Assembly (NCBI GenBank): GCA_963695545.1
Contig: OY968796.1
Location: 1,184,001 to 1,248,000, forward strand
Origin: Terriglobia bacterium
Lineage (GTDB): Bacteria > Acidobacteriota > Terriglobia > Acidiferrales > UBA7541
Direction of reading: 5' to 3'
Length of the DNA stretch: 64,000 nt
The number at the start of each line of letters is the position of its first letter. The stretch's first letter is position 1. Under the pieces are notes generated by a model, which ran no database searches, was not told the origin of the DNA, and saw nothing but the letters and a program-made list of their open reading frames with translations. Of this stretch, positions 38,598 through 48,713 are shown in pieces. Made by a program: the position numbers and the translations under genes.

Positions 38598-38615
38598 CAC
38601 CTCCTCCCCAACGCT

Positions 38616-38653
38616 TGTGACGCCGAACATGGCGATTTGTGACATGCGTCACA
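38616..38653. promoter_or_regulatory. Crp/Fnr-type box upstream of the metallothionein-like and mtr genes
   Basis: Perfect TGTGA-CATGCG-TCACA at 38638-38653, plus a TGTGA half-site 22 bp upstream. Confidence 0.7.
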
Positions 38654-38866
38654 GCGCCCAAAAACGCCGCCCATCAATAATGCGCGTGTGACTCGTGACG
38701 CATCGCGTGCGTGGTTTCGAGCTCCAAAATGCCGTCCCGAGGCTCGTCGGGCGCTGTTGGTTCCGAATTGGAAAATGTGCCTTTCTGGACAGTTTGGTTC
38801 TTCCCTGATTTCTAAAATGTTGCTCTTGATTCATCCGAGTGTGATCCGAAATCCAGGAGAAGAAAC

Positions 38867-39025
38867 ATGGCGACGATGAAGGCCGAGAAGTGCGCACATC
38901 CAGTCTGTTCGTGCATGACGACGTCAGGCAAGTACTGCAGCCCGCAATGCCAAGCGATGGAGAAGACGCCGGACATCGATTGTTCGTGCGGACACACAGT
39001 TTGTAAGGGCAAAACATCGCTGTAG
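38867..39025 (+). CDS. Metallothionein-like small Cys/His-rich protein (52 aa; not in the ORF track)
   Basis: AGGAGA RBS; MATMKAEKCAHPVCSCMTTSGKYCSPQCQAMEKTPDIDCSCGHTVCKGKTSL. Confidence 0.8.
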   Translation: MATMKAEKCAHPVCSCMTTSGKYCSPQCQAMEKTPDIDCSCGHTVCKGKTSL

Positions 39026-39081
39026 CGGATGTCTCCGGCGCGGGAAGGATCGCGCCTTTGGAACGCGGATCGAAGAACCGG

Positions 39082-40059
39082 ATGAGTTCAATGCCACGCG
39101 CCGGCGAGCTGAAAATACTTGGCCTGACGATTCTCTGCGGGCTGTTATCGATTGCGGCGGGGGCACGACCGCAAGGAACGCCAGCAGCTGCCGAAAAACC
39201 TGCGCCCGCGGCACAAGAAAAAGCCTCGCCAAGCACGCCTGCAACAACTGCTTCCGATTACGTGGGGTCGGAACCCTGCAAGGTCTGCCACGTGGACGAA
39301 TATTCCAGCTGGGAGAAAAGTCCGCACTGGACGACCACGCTCGATACACGTGGAGGGCCGGCGCATCAAGGGTGCGAGGCGTGCCACGGTGCGGCGGCGA
39401 GTCACCTTGCCGACCCGACCGACACGTCGAAGCTTTTCCTTTTCGAGAAGGCTTCCGCAAAAGATATCAACGCGCGCTGCCTGACGTGCCATGCATCCGG
39501 CTCGGAACACATGGCGGCCATCGATTCGTTGCACGCGAAGAACGACGTCTCCTGCATTTCGTGCCATTCGCCTCACCATTCGACGCAACCCGAGTTTCTG
39601 CTGGTGAAAGCCCAGCCGGAGCTTTGCTATTCGTGCCATCTGGAACAGAAGCCGCAGTTCGCCATGCCGTTTCATCATCGCGTGAACGAAGGACTCGTGC
39701 AGTGCACGGACTGCCACAATCCCCACGGCACGATCGGAGAGCACCAGGTGCGCGCTTCGGCGACGCAGGATTTTGTTTGCTTCAAATGCCATGCGGATAA
39801 AGAAGGACCGTTTGTGTTCGAGCACGAGGTGGTGAAAGTGGAGGGCTGCGAATCGTGCCACACGCCGCATGGCTCGCCCAACGCGCACCTGCTGAAAGTC
39901 AGCAACGTGAACATTCTTTGCCTGTCGTGCCACACGACTTCATTCGCGAACGCGCCGGGCGCACCGTCGTTCCACAATCAGGCGGCGCAGTATCAGGCCT
40001 GCACGCTTTGCCATTCGCAGATTCATGGCTCGAATTTCGATCCCACGTTCTTTAAGTAA
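39082..40059 (+). CDS. DmsE/MtrA family periplasmic decaheme c-type cytochrome
   Basis: Signal peptide and 10 CxxCH motifs; GPFVFEH, HSQIHGSN. Confidence 0.93.
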   Translation: MSSMPRAGELKILGLTILCGLLSIAAGARPQGTPAAAEKPAPAAQEKASPSTPATTASDYVGSEPCKVCHVDEYSSWEKSPHWTTTLDTRGGPAHQGCEACHGAAASHLADPTDTSKLFLFEKASAKDINARCLTCHASGSEHMAAIDSLHAKNDVSCISCHSPHHSTQPEFLLVKAQPELCYSCHLEQKPQFAMPFHHRVNEGLVQCTDCHNPHGTIGEHQVRASATQDFVCFKCHADKEGPFVFEHEVVKVEGCESCHTPHGSPNAHLLKVSNVNILCLSCHTTSFANAPGAPSFHNQAAQYQACTLCHSQIHGSNFDPTFFK

Positions 40060-40070
40060 AGGGCTCGGCG

Positions 40071-42728
40071 ATGACGTTCGGAAATCCATACGGAGGTTCG
40101 GGAACGGGCGACGCGCGGCGCGGTGTGAAGACCGGCCCCGCCGCAGCGGCTGCGCACTCACATCGCAGCTGGATGCGGATTGTGATCTTGGGTCTTGCGG
40201 TCGTGTGTGTGGCGAGCGCAAAGGCGCAGACGCCGGCACAGGCACAGACTCCGGCGCCGAGCGCGGCGCCGCCACAAACTTCCGGTTCGGCGCCGGACTC
40301 GAGCTCGGCCGCGGCCCCGGCTGCGGTCGAACCGGCGCCGAATCCCGCGAATAACTACACGATTCAGCAATCGGTTGAAATCGGCTACCGGGACAGCATC
40401 ATCGGCGGGAACGTCGACAACTACGACACGTTTGAAAACCTCGGGTCAGGACCGCGGCTGCTCGATTACACGCTGAGCATGCACGCCGTAAACCACAGGG
40501 GTTTGCTGTTCGACGATTTGTTGTTCAGCAGCTTCGGCTATGGCGGCGATCCGAACGACGTTTCGCGCCTGAGCGTTGATAAGAACAAGTGGTACGAATT
40601 TCGCGCGATGTTCCGGCGCGACAAGAATTTCTGGAATTACGATCTGCTCGCGAATCCGCTGAATCCTTCGAGCTCGAACCCCGCGGTAGCCATCGGGAGT
40701 TCGCCACAATCGCTTGATTTGACGCGCTGGATGCAAGACTACGATGTGACGCTGCTGCCGCAATCGCGCGTCCGCTTCCGGCTGGGATATTCCCGCAACA
40801 CCAATCAAGGACCCGCAACCAGTACGGTGGAAGGCGGAACGGAGCCGCTGCTTTCGCAACTGCTGCTCTACCAAACGAATAGTTACCGCATGGGCGTGGA
40901 CTACAAGGGGATTGCTAAAACCACGCTGTCGTTCGACGAGTTCCTTACCTATTCCAAAATCAATGAGAGCGAGGCCGACAACAATCTTACTTACAAGCTT
41001 TCAAATGGCACGCCGGTCGACCTGGGGCTTGTTTTCAATACGGTCGGGAGTTCTCCGTGCGCTACGCCGATAACGAATGCAGCCACGACGCCACCAACCG
41101 TTTCGCCGACGTGCAACGCGTACATCTCCTACAGCGAATTCCAGAATCCGCGATCGTCGTTCCCGACCGAGCGGTTCCGTTTCCAGTCAACCTACTTCAA
41201 GAATTTTACGATGGCGGGATCGGCGGGTTACAGCGACGCAAACAACGACGTCACGGATTTCAGCGAGGCGATCAACGACTGGACGAGCAGAACCTCGCAA
41301 CGCGGGAGTACGGCGGGCGGGCCAACGGCGGCCAAGCGGATTTCCGTGAACGCAAACTGGACGGGCGATTACCGTTTGACGGACAAGCTCGACATCTTCG
41401 ACGAATTCTCGTTCGACGACTGGCGCATTCCTTCGATGTGGGCCGCGGCGGAGACGAATCTGTTTGGCACGCCTCCTCCGGTAGCGGGGCAGACCGGATT
41501 GTTGCTGCCCATTGCGGTTTTCACGCCGTCCACGTTCGCTACGGTGTGCCCGGCCGCTCCCTATAACAGCGCGAATTGCCCGCAGCACACTACGGCTTCA
41601 GCGGCCGATGTAGTTAACGAACTCGTTTCGCAATTCCTAGGACAGGACGCGAAGTCGAACACGGTCGAATTGAAGTACGACATCGCGTCCCGTGTGAGCG
41701 CATACATCGGCTACGAGTTTATGGCCCGCGCGATCTCCGACTTCAGCGCGACGTATGGGACGGGAAGTATTTATTTTCCGGGAGGAACAGCCGGCTCCGC
41801 GAGCGGCCCCGCGGCGAACGATTATCTTGCGGCGCGCGGCTCCTGCACCTTGGTCGCGGGCGCGCTGCCCGCTGGTTGTGTACTGAACGCGAACGGCTCG
41901 ATCGAGTATGGTTCGAGCACGCTGCTGACTCCCACAGCCGGGAACGACGCCGCGCGGAATGTGTACGAGATCCATGAAAGCGTGGGGACGCTGGGCGTCG
42001 CGGCGCGGCCGACCGATACGTTGCGGCTGAACGGCGAGTTGATGTTCGGCTACAACGACAATTCCTTCACGCGCATCAGCCCTCGGCAAGTGCAGAGTTA
42101 CAAGCTGCACGCCACCTACACTCCCAAACCGTGGGCGAGCATCGATGGCGCGATCGATATCAATCAGAACCGCGACAATGTCTACACGGTGGATAACATC
42201 GAGCACGCGCGTGTCTTCAGCTTTGTGACCACGCTTTCCGCGAACGCCAATCTGTGGATCGATTTCGGCTACAACTATATGGACATCTACACGCAGACGG
42301 AAATCTGCTTTGACGACACGGGTTCCACTGTTTTTACCTCGGCTTGCCGGGTCACGGGGGCGACCGGAAATCTCGGGACGCTGTCCTACTATGCGAGCAA
42401 GGATCATTACGCGTTCGGCGACGTAATGTGGAAGCCCGTGAAGCGCGTGACGGCGATGATCGGATACGCGGGCACGATCGCGCGCGGCACGACGACGCTT
42501 CTCAACCCGCTTACGCCGACCGGAACGCTCGATTTCAACTACCTCAAGCCGCAAGCCAGCCTGGCGGTGGACATCTACAAAGGTGTTACTTACAAGACAG
42601 CTTGGAATTACTACGGATACGATGATCATGGCGTTGCCAGTCCGATCGGGCTTGCGCCGCTTCCGCTGCAGAATTTCAACGGAAGCAACATCACGTTTTC
42701 GTTGCTATACGCGTTCGGATCTCAGTAG
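40071..42728 (+). CDS. MtrB/PioB-like outer-membrane beta-barrel (start may be ~40173)
   Basis: Signal peptide, amphipathic beta-strand pattern, directly follows the decaheme cytochrome. Confidence 0.8.
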   Translation: MTFGNPYGGSGTGDARRGVKTGPAAAAAHSHRSWMRIVILGLAVVCVASAKAQTPAQAQTPAPSAAPPQTSGSAPDSSSAAAPAAVEPAPNPANNYTIQQSVEIGYRDSIIGGNVDNYDTFENLGSGPRLLDYTLSMHAVNHRGLLFDDLLFSSFGYGGDPNDVSRLSVDKNKWYEFRAMFRRDKNFWNYDLLANPLNPSSSNPAVAIGSSPQSLDLTRWMQDYDVTLLPQSRVRFRLGYSRNTNQGPATSTVEGGTEPLLSQLLLYQTNSYRMGVDYKGIAKTTLSFDEFLTYSKINESEADNNLTYKLSNGTPVDLGLVFNTVGSSPCATPITNAATTPPTVSPTCNAYISYSEFQNPRSSFPTERFRFQSTYFKNFTMAGSAGYSDANNDVTDFSEAINDWTSRTSQRGSTAGGPTAAKRISVNANWTGDYRLTDKLDIFDEFSFDDWRIPSMWAAAETNLFGTPPPVAGQTGLLLPIAVFTPSTFATVCPAAPYNSANCPQHTTASAADVVNELVSQFLGQDAKSNTVELKYDIASRVSAYIGYEFMARAISDFSATYGTGSIYFPGGTAGSASGPAANDYLAARGSCTLVAGALPAGCVLNANGSIEYGSSTLLTPTAGNDAARNVYEIHESVGTLGVAARPTDTLRLNGELMFGYNDNSFTRISPRQVQSYKLHATYTPKPWASIDGAIDINQNRDNVYTVDNIEHARVFSFVTTLSANANLWIDFGYNYMDIYTQTEICFDDTGSTVFTSACRVTGATGNLGTLSYYASKDHYAFGDVMWKPVKRVTAMIGYAGTIARGTTTLLNPLTPTGTLDFNYLKPQASLAVDIYKGVTYKTAWNYYGYDDHGVASPIGLAPLPLQNFNGSNITFSLLYAFGSQ

Positions 42729-42785
42729 AAATGTTCTAGGGGCTCGTCGCGACGTTCTGCATGTTGTGAAAGGGGATCACGCAAA

Positions 42786-43127
42786 ATGACTTGTTCATTG
42801 ATTCGACGGGCGGTGAGCGCTTTGCTTTTGTCGATGCTGGCGCTGGCTTTCGGCGGCTCGCTGCACGCGCAGGATGCGCCGACGCTGTTCAAAACCAAAT
42901 GTGCCGCGTGCCACGGCGCGGACGGCACTGGGAATACCACGATGGGAAAGTCGCTGGGCGCCAAAGATCTGGGCTCCGCTGACGTGCAAAAACAAACTGA
43001 CGCCCAGTTGACTGACAGCATCACCAACGGCATGAACGGCGGGAAAATGCCCGCGTACAAAGGCAAACTGACAGACGATCAGATCAAAGGGCTCGTCGGT
43101 TACATTCGATCTCTGGCCAAGAAGTAA
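42786..43127 (+). CDS. Periplasmic monoheme cytochrome c
   Basis: Signal peptide, CAACHG, KMPAY axial Met. Confidence 0.92.
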   Translation: MTCSLIRRAVSALLLSMLALAFGGSLHAQDAPTLFKTKCAACHGADGTGNTTMGKSLGAKDLGSADVQKQTDAQLTDSITNGMNGGKMPAYKGKLTDDQIKGLVGYIRSLAKK

Positions 43128-43199
43128 TAATTTTTCAGCGTCCGTCGGCCAGCGTTCCGCTGCTCGCCGATTCACGTGCGCGCGCAAGCAGGAGAAGTC

Positions 43200-43817
43200 G
43201 TGACTGGTTCAACCGAAATCCTCGTCGCATTGATTGCAGTGACGATTGTGCTGGCCGCTGCGTTTCTCGTGCGTCCTTCGATCACTGTGGGAGTTACGGG
43301 CAAGATTCTGGCTTTTGTCGCTCTTTGCATTCTGCCGGCGCTGTGCATCGACGCAGGCATGTCCGCTCACATGGAGCGCTCCGAGCAGACTCAGTTCTGC
43401 ATCTCCTGCCACGCCATGGAAACCCACGGAGAAAGTCTGTACATCGACGATCCCAGTTATATCCCTGCGCAACATTTTCAGAACCACCTCGTGCCGGCAG
43501 ACAAAGCCTGCTATGCCTGCCACACTGACTACACGATCTTCGGCCCGGTGAAGGACAAGCTCCAGGGTTTGAAGCGCGTTTACATGCAATATGTGAGTAC
43601 GCCGCCCAAGGTAATCGTGATCAGCGGCGGTTACAGCAACCTCCAGTGTTTGCACTGCCACGCGGGCGCGCGCAGTTTCGAGGAAAATCCCGTTCACAGC
43701 GCGCTGATGGCTTCACTCACGTCGGATCAGGTGTCGTGTATCACGAGCGGTTGCCACGATTCGATTCACAACGCATCCGAAGTGGGCAACCTGAAGATGT
43801 GGAGGCCCGGCCAATGA
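43200..43817 (+). CDS. NapC/NirT (CymA-like) membrane cytochrome c
   Basis: N-terminal TMs; FCISCHAM, CYACH, CLHCH and CITSGCH. Confidence 0.85.
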   Translation: MTGSTEILVALIAVTIVLAAAFLVRPSITVGVTGKILAFVALCILPALCIDAGMSAHMERSEQTQFCISCHAMETHGESLYIDDPSYIPAQHFQNHLVPADKACYACHTDYTIFGPVKDKLQGLKRVYMQYVSTPPKVIVISGGYSNLQCLHCHAGARSFEENPVHSALMASLTSDQVSCITSGCHDSIHNASEVGNLKMWRPGQ

Positions 43818-44032
43818 AGCTCCGTGGGATCGGGATCCGAAAGTTTCTGCAAGTATCTAGCTCATTGATTATCCTAGGCCTGCTGGTGGAAATTGTGAGC
43901 CTCTTGTGGTTTCACCCGCTTTCGTTTGTCCTCTTCGCATTTGTCGGCGCGACTTTGATCGGCCTGGGAATTCTGGTGTACCTGGCATCGCTGGTCTTCG
44001 CTGTTTCCCCGCCCACCGAAGAGCGTGACTGA
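43814..44032 (+). CDS. Small two-TM membrane protein
   Basis: ATGA overlap with the NapC-like stop; hydrophobic. Confidence 0.65.
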   Translation: MKLRGIGIRKFLQVSSSLIILGLLVEIVSLLWFHPLSFVLFAFVGATLIGLGILVYLASLVFAVSPPTEERD

Positions 44033-44167
44033 CATTTTGGAACGGGGCGCTCGGGTTGCCTGCACGCAGGGCAGTTGGAAATCGCGGTTCGCTGCCTTGA
44101 TCGAAACTCCGGTCGATCGAAGATGTAGCGACACCGAAAATGCCTTAAAATAAAAGAACAGTCGCGT

Positions 44168-44243
44168 GGGCGTGTAGCTCAGCTGGGAGAGCACCTGCTT
44201 TGCAAGCAGGGGGTCGCCGGTTCGATCCCGGCCACGTCCACCA
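44168..44243 (+). tRNA. tRNA-Ala (TGC)
   Basis: GGGCGTG/CACGTCC acceptor with G3:U70, TGC anticodon, TTCGA T-loop, encoded CCA. Confidence 0.97.
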
Positions 44244-44421
44244 ACGTTTTCTCTGATTGCAGAACACCTTGGAAACTCATCGCGGCTTCTATCCCTTCGT
44301 ATTTCGCGCACCGGAATGAACGCTGGGAGCGAGATCCTGTCGTAGCGCACACTTTTCACATTACCCTCGATCAAAAGAACGATGTTGCAAAGATGCGGGA
44401 GCGACCGGCAAGCTGATACGC

Positions 44422-45321
44422 GTGCCAGAACTGCCGGATATCGCCGCCTACATCAGTGCCCTCGAGCCGCGCATTGTGGCCCAGCCGATTGAGCGAGTGC
44501 GACTCGCAAGCCCTTTTCTTCTGCGAAGCGTGCAACCGCCGATTTCGGATGTGGAGGGTCGCGCGGTGCGCGAACTGCGGCGAATCGGCAAGCGAATCGC
44601 CATCGGTGTAGAGGGCGACCTCTGGTTGGTGCTGCACTTGATGATTGCCGGCCGGTTGCACTGGCGGCCGTCGGGGGCAAAGCTCTCGGGCCGGCAGAAT
44701 CTGGCGGCTTTCGATTTTCCCAACGGCTCTCTTGTGCTCACCGAGGCCGGCACAAAGCGCCGCGCGTCTTTGTATGTGGTAGCGGGTGAGGAAGGCTTGC
44801 GTTCGATCGACCCCGGCGGAATCGAGGTCTTTGCAAGTGATCTCACATCGTTTCGCGCCGCACTCACGGCCGAAAATCGCACACTCAAGAGGGCCCTCAC
44901 CGATCCCCGCGTGGTGAGCGGTATCGGCAACGCGTACTCGGACGAGATTCTGCACGCGGCGCAACTTTCGCCGATCGCGCTCACGCGCAAGCTGGACGCG
45001 GATGAGTGGGAAAGGCTTTTCGCCGCGACGCGCCATACGCTCGGCGTCTGGATCGATCGGCTGCGGGCGGCGGCGCGGGACGAATTTCCGGAAAAAGTAA
45101 CCGCGTTCCGCAAAGACATGGCCGTTCACGGCCGATATGGAAAGGCCTGCCCCAGATGCGGAGAAAAAATTCAGCGCATTCGCTATGCGGACAACGAAAC
45201 GAATTACTGTGCTCGATGCCAAACCGGCGGAAAAGTTCTTGCGGATCGCAGTTTGTCGCGGCTGTTGCGGTCGGACTGGCCGCGAACGCTCGAAGAACTC
45301 GAGGCGCTCAAGCGGCGCTAG
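44422..45321 (+). CDS. Fpg/Nei family DNA glycosylase
   Basis: N-terminal PELP, HLMIAG, SGIGNAYSDEILH (H2TH), CPRC..CARCQ zinc finger. Confidence 0.92.
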   Translation: MPELPDIAAYISALEPRIVAQPIERVRLASPFLLRSVQPPISDVEGRAVRELRRIGKRIAIGVEGDLWLVLHLMIAGRLHWRPSGAKLSGRQNLAAFDFPNGSLVLTEAGTKRRASLYVVAGEEGLRSIDPGGIEVFASDLTSFRAALTAENRTLKRALTDPRVVSGIGNAYSDEILHAAQLSPIALTRKLDADEWERLFAATRHTLGVWIDRLRAAARDEFPEKVTAFRKDMAVHGRYGKACPRCGEKIQRIRYADNETNYCARCQTGGKVLADRSLSRLLRSDWPRTLEELEALKRR

Positions 45322-45348
45322 ATGCGGTCATGAACGACGCTTCTCGAT

Positions 45349-46251
45349 TCAGCCGTTCCTGGACACCAAGAAACGATTCTCGGATTGTCCCGGGACTTCC
45401 GTGCGCATCGAAAACAGTCCGCCCGCCAAACGTTCGTAGGACGCCGCTTCGGCGCGAGCCGTAGTGATGTACAACGTCCGGCCATCGGTCCCGCCAAACG
45501 TGCAGGTCGTGATGTTTTGCACCGGCATCTCGATCACGCGGTCAATTTCCCCGGTTGGGGCGACACGCACGATGCACGCGCCAGAAAATCGGCAATTCCA
45601 CAGATAACCATCAGCGTCGACGCTGGAACCATCGGGCAATCCTCGATCGAAACCTTCGAGGAAAGATTGACGGTTCGAAATCGAACCAGAGGAAGCGTCG
45701 TAATCGAAGGCCCAGACGACATTCAGGAGTGTGTCCGCAAAGTAGAATCGGCGCCTGTCCGGGCTCCACGCCAGAGTGTTTGAAATTCCGATGTCGCTGC
45801 ACCAGCGAGTCACGCTCGCGTCCGGATCGAGGCGATAAAGTACGCCGTCGCGGCCGCCCGCCGCGCTGGACGATCCGTCCGCATTCACGTTGTTGCGCAT
45901 CGATCCCATCCACAGCGAACCGCGCGGATCGGAGCGCGCGTCATTCAGACGAACTCCGGGCCAACCTTCGACTTGGAAGATCGGTGCACTTCGCTTATCG
46001 GAAAGCGGCTCCCACAAGATCACTCCGGAACCCAGAACGACGGCCAGCGTGTCGTCGCGATCCGTCAGCGCGAGCGCCGTGACCGGCTCATCGAAAAACC
46101 ATGTACGAACGCATTCGTCGGCGGGCGTGAAGCGATGGATTAGAAAGCGATTGATGTCCGTCCAATATACCGATCGGTGCGCGGCGTGCCAGACGACTCC
46201 CTCGCCGCAAACGTCACCCGCCGGCGCAACGCATACCGGCTCTGCGATCAT
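45349..46251 (-). CDS. SMP-30/gluconolactonase family protein
   Basis: GEGVVW, RLNDA, SNTLAWSPD, PDGSSVD, TCTFGG. Confidence 0.92.
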   Translation of the reverse strand: MIAEPVCVAPAGDVCGEGVVWHAAHRSVYWTDINRFLIHRFTPADECVRTWFFDEPVTALALTDRDDTLAVVLGSGVILWEPLSDKRSAPIFQVEGWPGVRLNDARSDPRGSLWMGSMRNNVNADGSSSAAGGRDGVLYRLDPDASVTRWCSDIGISNTLAWSPDRRRFYFADTLLNVVWAFDYDASSGSISNRQSFLEGFDRGLPDGSSVDADGYLWNCRFSGACIVRVAPTGEIDRVIEMPVQNITTCTFGGTDGRTLYITTARAEAASYERLAGGLFSMRTEVPGQSENRFLVSRNG

Positions 46252-47030
46252 TGCAGGCCGAGCCCGGCGAGCAATCCTCCGTCGATGAGGTAATCGCCCC
46301 CGGTGCAGAACGCGGCTTTATCCGAGGCCAGAAACGCCGCAAGCTCGGCCACCTCTTCGGGTGTACCGATACGCCCGATCGGTTCCGCCGCGGCGAAGCG
46401 TGCGAACACTTCTTCCACGGGCATCTCCGGCGAGAAGTGGGCCGCTGAGCGCGCGAGCATGGGCGTGCGAATCGAGCCGGGACTGATCGAATTCACGCGG
46501 ATTTTGTCGGCCACATGATCCAGGGCGAGCGCGCGCGTCAAGCTGTGAACGGCACCTTTGGAAGTGGCGTAGGCAGCGACCCCGTGTTGGCATGCGTAGC
46601 CCTGCACGGACGCGAGGTTGATGATCGATCCGCCGCCGCGCTTCTTCATCTCTGGGACGCCGAAATGCGCCAAGAGATAGATACTGCCGACGTTTACCAT
46701 CATGCACCGGTTCCAAGTCGCGAGGTCCGTCTCCACCACGCTCCCGAAGGGATGGATCGCGGCCGCGTTTGCAATAATGTCCAATCCGCCAAATCGCGCG
46801 ACGGTTTTGCCAATGACCGAACGCACCGCATCCGCATCGGTCACATCGCAAGTCTCTACGACAAGAGTTAGACCGAGATCGGACGCGTGGCGAAATAATT
46901 CTTCATTCGCAACAGCTTCGATGCCGCAGGCCACCACTGCGGCGCCGCCTTGCGCTAAGCGTTCCGCGATGGCGCGCCCAATGCCCGTTGTGCCCGTTAC
47001 GATGGCAACTTTACCTGCAAAGTCTTTCAT
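46248..47030 (-). CDS. SDR family oxidoreductase
   Basis: TG.TGIG, ASVQG, YATSK, RVNSISPG. Confidence 0.92.
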   Translation of the reverse strand: MKDFAGKVAIVTGTTGIGRAIAERLAQGGAAVVACGIEAVANEELFRHASDLGLTLVVETCDVTDADAVRSVIGKTVARFGGLDIIANAAAIHPFGSVVETDLATWNRCMMVNVGSIYLLAHFGVPEMKKRGGGSIINLASVQGYACQHGVAAYATSKGAVHSLTRALALDHVADKIRVNSISPGSIRTPMLARSAAHFSPEMPVEEVFARFAAAEPIGRIGTPEEVAELAAFLASDKAAFCTGGDYLIDGGLLAGLGLQ

Positions 47031-47542
47031 GCGAGTGCATCCTAAACTTCTGCGTCATTGGCATCACTGACAGCCTGCCGTTGGCAAAAGATTGATTGCG
47101 CCGTCCGCCATTCTGTCGATGGCATCGCCGTGCGCCCCCGATCATAGACCATACTTCACCATCCGAGACGCCGCGGCCGCGTTTGGAGAGGAGTGGGTCG
47201 GGGTCGGCCCTGTCGAGCCCGCCCGACCTTTTTATTTCGTGGCTGAGGCCGCGGAAGGAGTGCGAGCCGACGGATCATCATTTTTCGCGCTGCGAATCCA
47301 ATCCAAGCCGATTTGAATCCAACCTTTGCGGCCTCGCGCCCATCTGAGTACTACATCGGCGCGTAACTCGTTGGCCCGCGCCATGGCGCCGTAGAACCGG
47401 AAGCGATATGTATTTCGCGATTGCAGCGCCGAGCGAAAGGCCCGGGGAACAGAACTTCTTGCACTGATTGGTGTTTGATACTGGTAATGACCACCGAGCC
47501 GCGAATGCTTTCTGCAAAACTGATCTAAAGGAGATTTCTGAC

Positions 47543-48214
47543 GTGAGACGAATCAGCCGCTATCTTCCAATTCTAGTGATATTCCTCGGGATTCCGCTGG
47601 CTTCCCACGCGCAGGGCCCCAGTTTTGACGTGGCCCTCGGTTTCGGCACCAACCACGACAAGACAAACGGGGCGGGCATCGACAACGCCAATTCTGAGAA
47701 CGCGTATGGATCCTGCACCCCGGGCACCGGTGACGCGGATTGCGAAACGACTCCCGCGCTCGACGCATTTGATATGGGCGGTTCCGGAGACGTGATGTTT
47801 CGCAAGAACTTCGGCTTTGGATTTGAAGGCGTCTTTCAACCCGTATCGGCCAATTACGGTCCGCTGACCTACCGGCAAACATTTTACGATTTCAACGCGA
47901 TCTACGCGCCGATCAATGAAAAGCGCGTGTCGCTGAAGATCGAAGGCGGGGCCGGCGGCGCGAAAACCAGCTTCTACTTGCCGCAGAGTTCCTGCGTGGG
48001 GTCGGCCGTTTGCGTGAACGAAACCGAACTTATCGGGGACTCGAACCATTTCGCGATTCACGCAGCGGCTGGAGTTCAGATTTACGTCACCGAGCACGTG
48101 TTCATTCGTCCGCAATTCGATTACCGGTACGTGCCAGGCTTCACCGATCAGTTCGGAAGCACATCTGTACTCGGCGGATCCGTTTGGATCGGGTACAGTT
48201 TCGGTGATCGATAG
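47543..48214 (+). CDS. Outer-membrane beta-barrel protein
   Basis: AAGGAG RBS, signal peptide, terminal WIGYSF strand. Confidence 0.75.
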   Translation: MRRISRYLPILVIFLGIPLASHAQGPSFDVALGFGTNHDKTNGAGIDNANSENAYGSCTPGTGDADCETTPALDAFDMGGSGDVMFRKNFGFGFEGVFQPVSANYGPLTYRQTFYDFNAIYAPINEKRVSLKIEGGAGGAKTSFYLPQSSCVGSAVCVNETELIGDSNHFAIHAAAGVQIYVTEHVFIRPQFDYRYVPGFTDQFGSTSVLGGSVWIGYSFGDR

Positions 48215-48713
48215 AGGGCCGCGCTCGGCGCCGCCGATGCGCTCCGCATTTGCGCCGGCGAGCCGCAAAGCTTATTAACTAGACCCTGTGCGCCGTTCCG
48301 ACGAAAACGAACCGAGAGCGGCGCGCGGGGCTTCTTATTTAGGAAGATGCCCGATGGTTCGGCAACAAAATTCGTGGTAGGCTTCCGACAGAGGTCAGCT
48401 TGCCGCAAGACGCAGGCAACAGGGTCTGCATGTCATGCCGTGCCAAGCTCTAGTTCGCCTCCTCAGCCGGTTTGGCTCTGGGTTCCCAGCCCATGTGCAA
48501 TTCAGGTGGCGTTTAGGCGACAGTAGTACAAAAGTCCTATTCGGCACCCCTTGGCGTCCCAGTACGCTGGTACTGCACAGAGCAGAACCCACTCAGCCCG
48601 GCTCGTCGTAGCTAGAATCGGCCGGTCGAAAACACTGCATTTTCCCAGGCGATTCGCGTCTCGCGAAACCTGGGTAGGCGACGCGGCAAAGTAAAGAAGA
48701 GAGGATCACAACA

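Noticed and set aside
42765..42781. TGTGA..TCAC upstream of the monoheme cytochrome as a Crp box
   Set aside because: The spacer is 7 rather than 6 bp and it overlaps the RBS.
44168..44400. tRNA-Ala as the attachment site of an integrated island
   Set aside because: No integrase nearby and I found no duplicate of the tRNA 3' end in the window.
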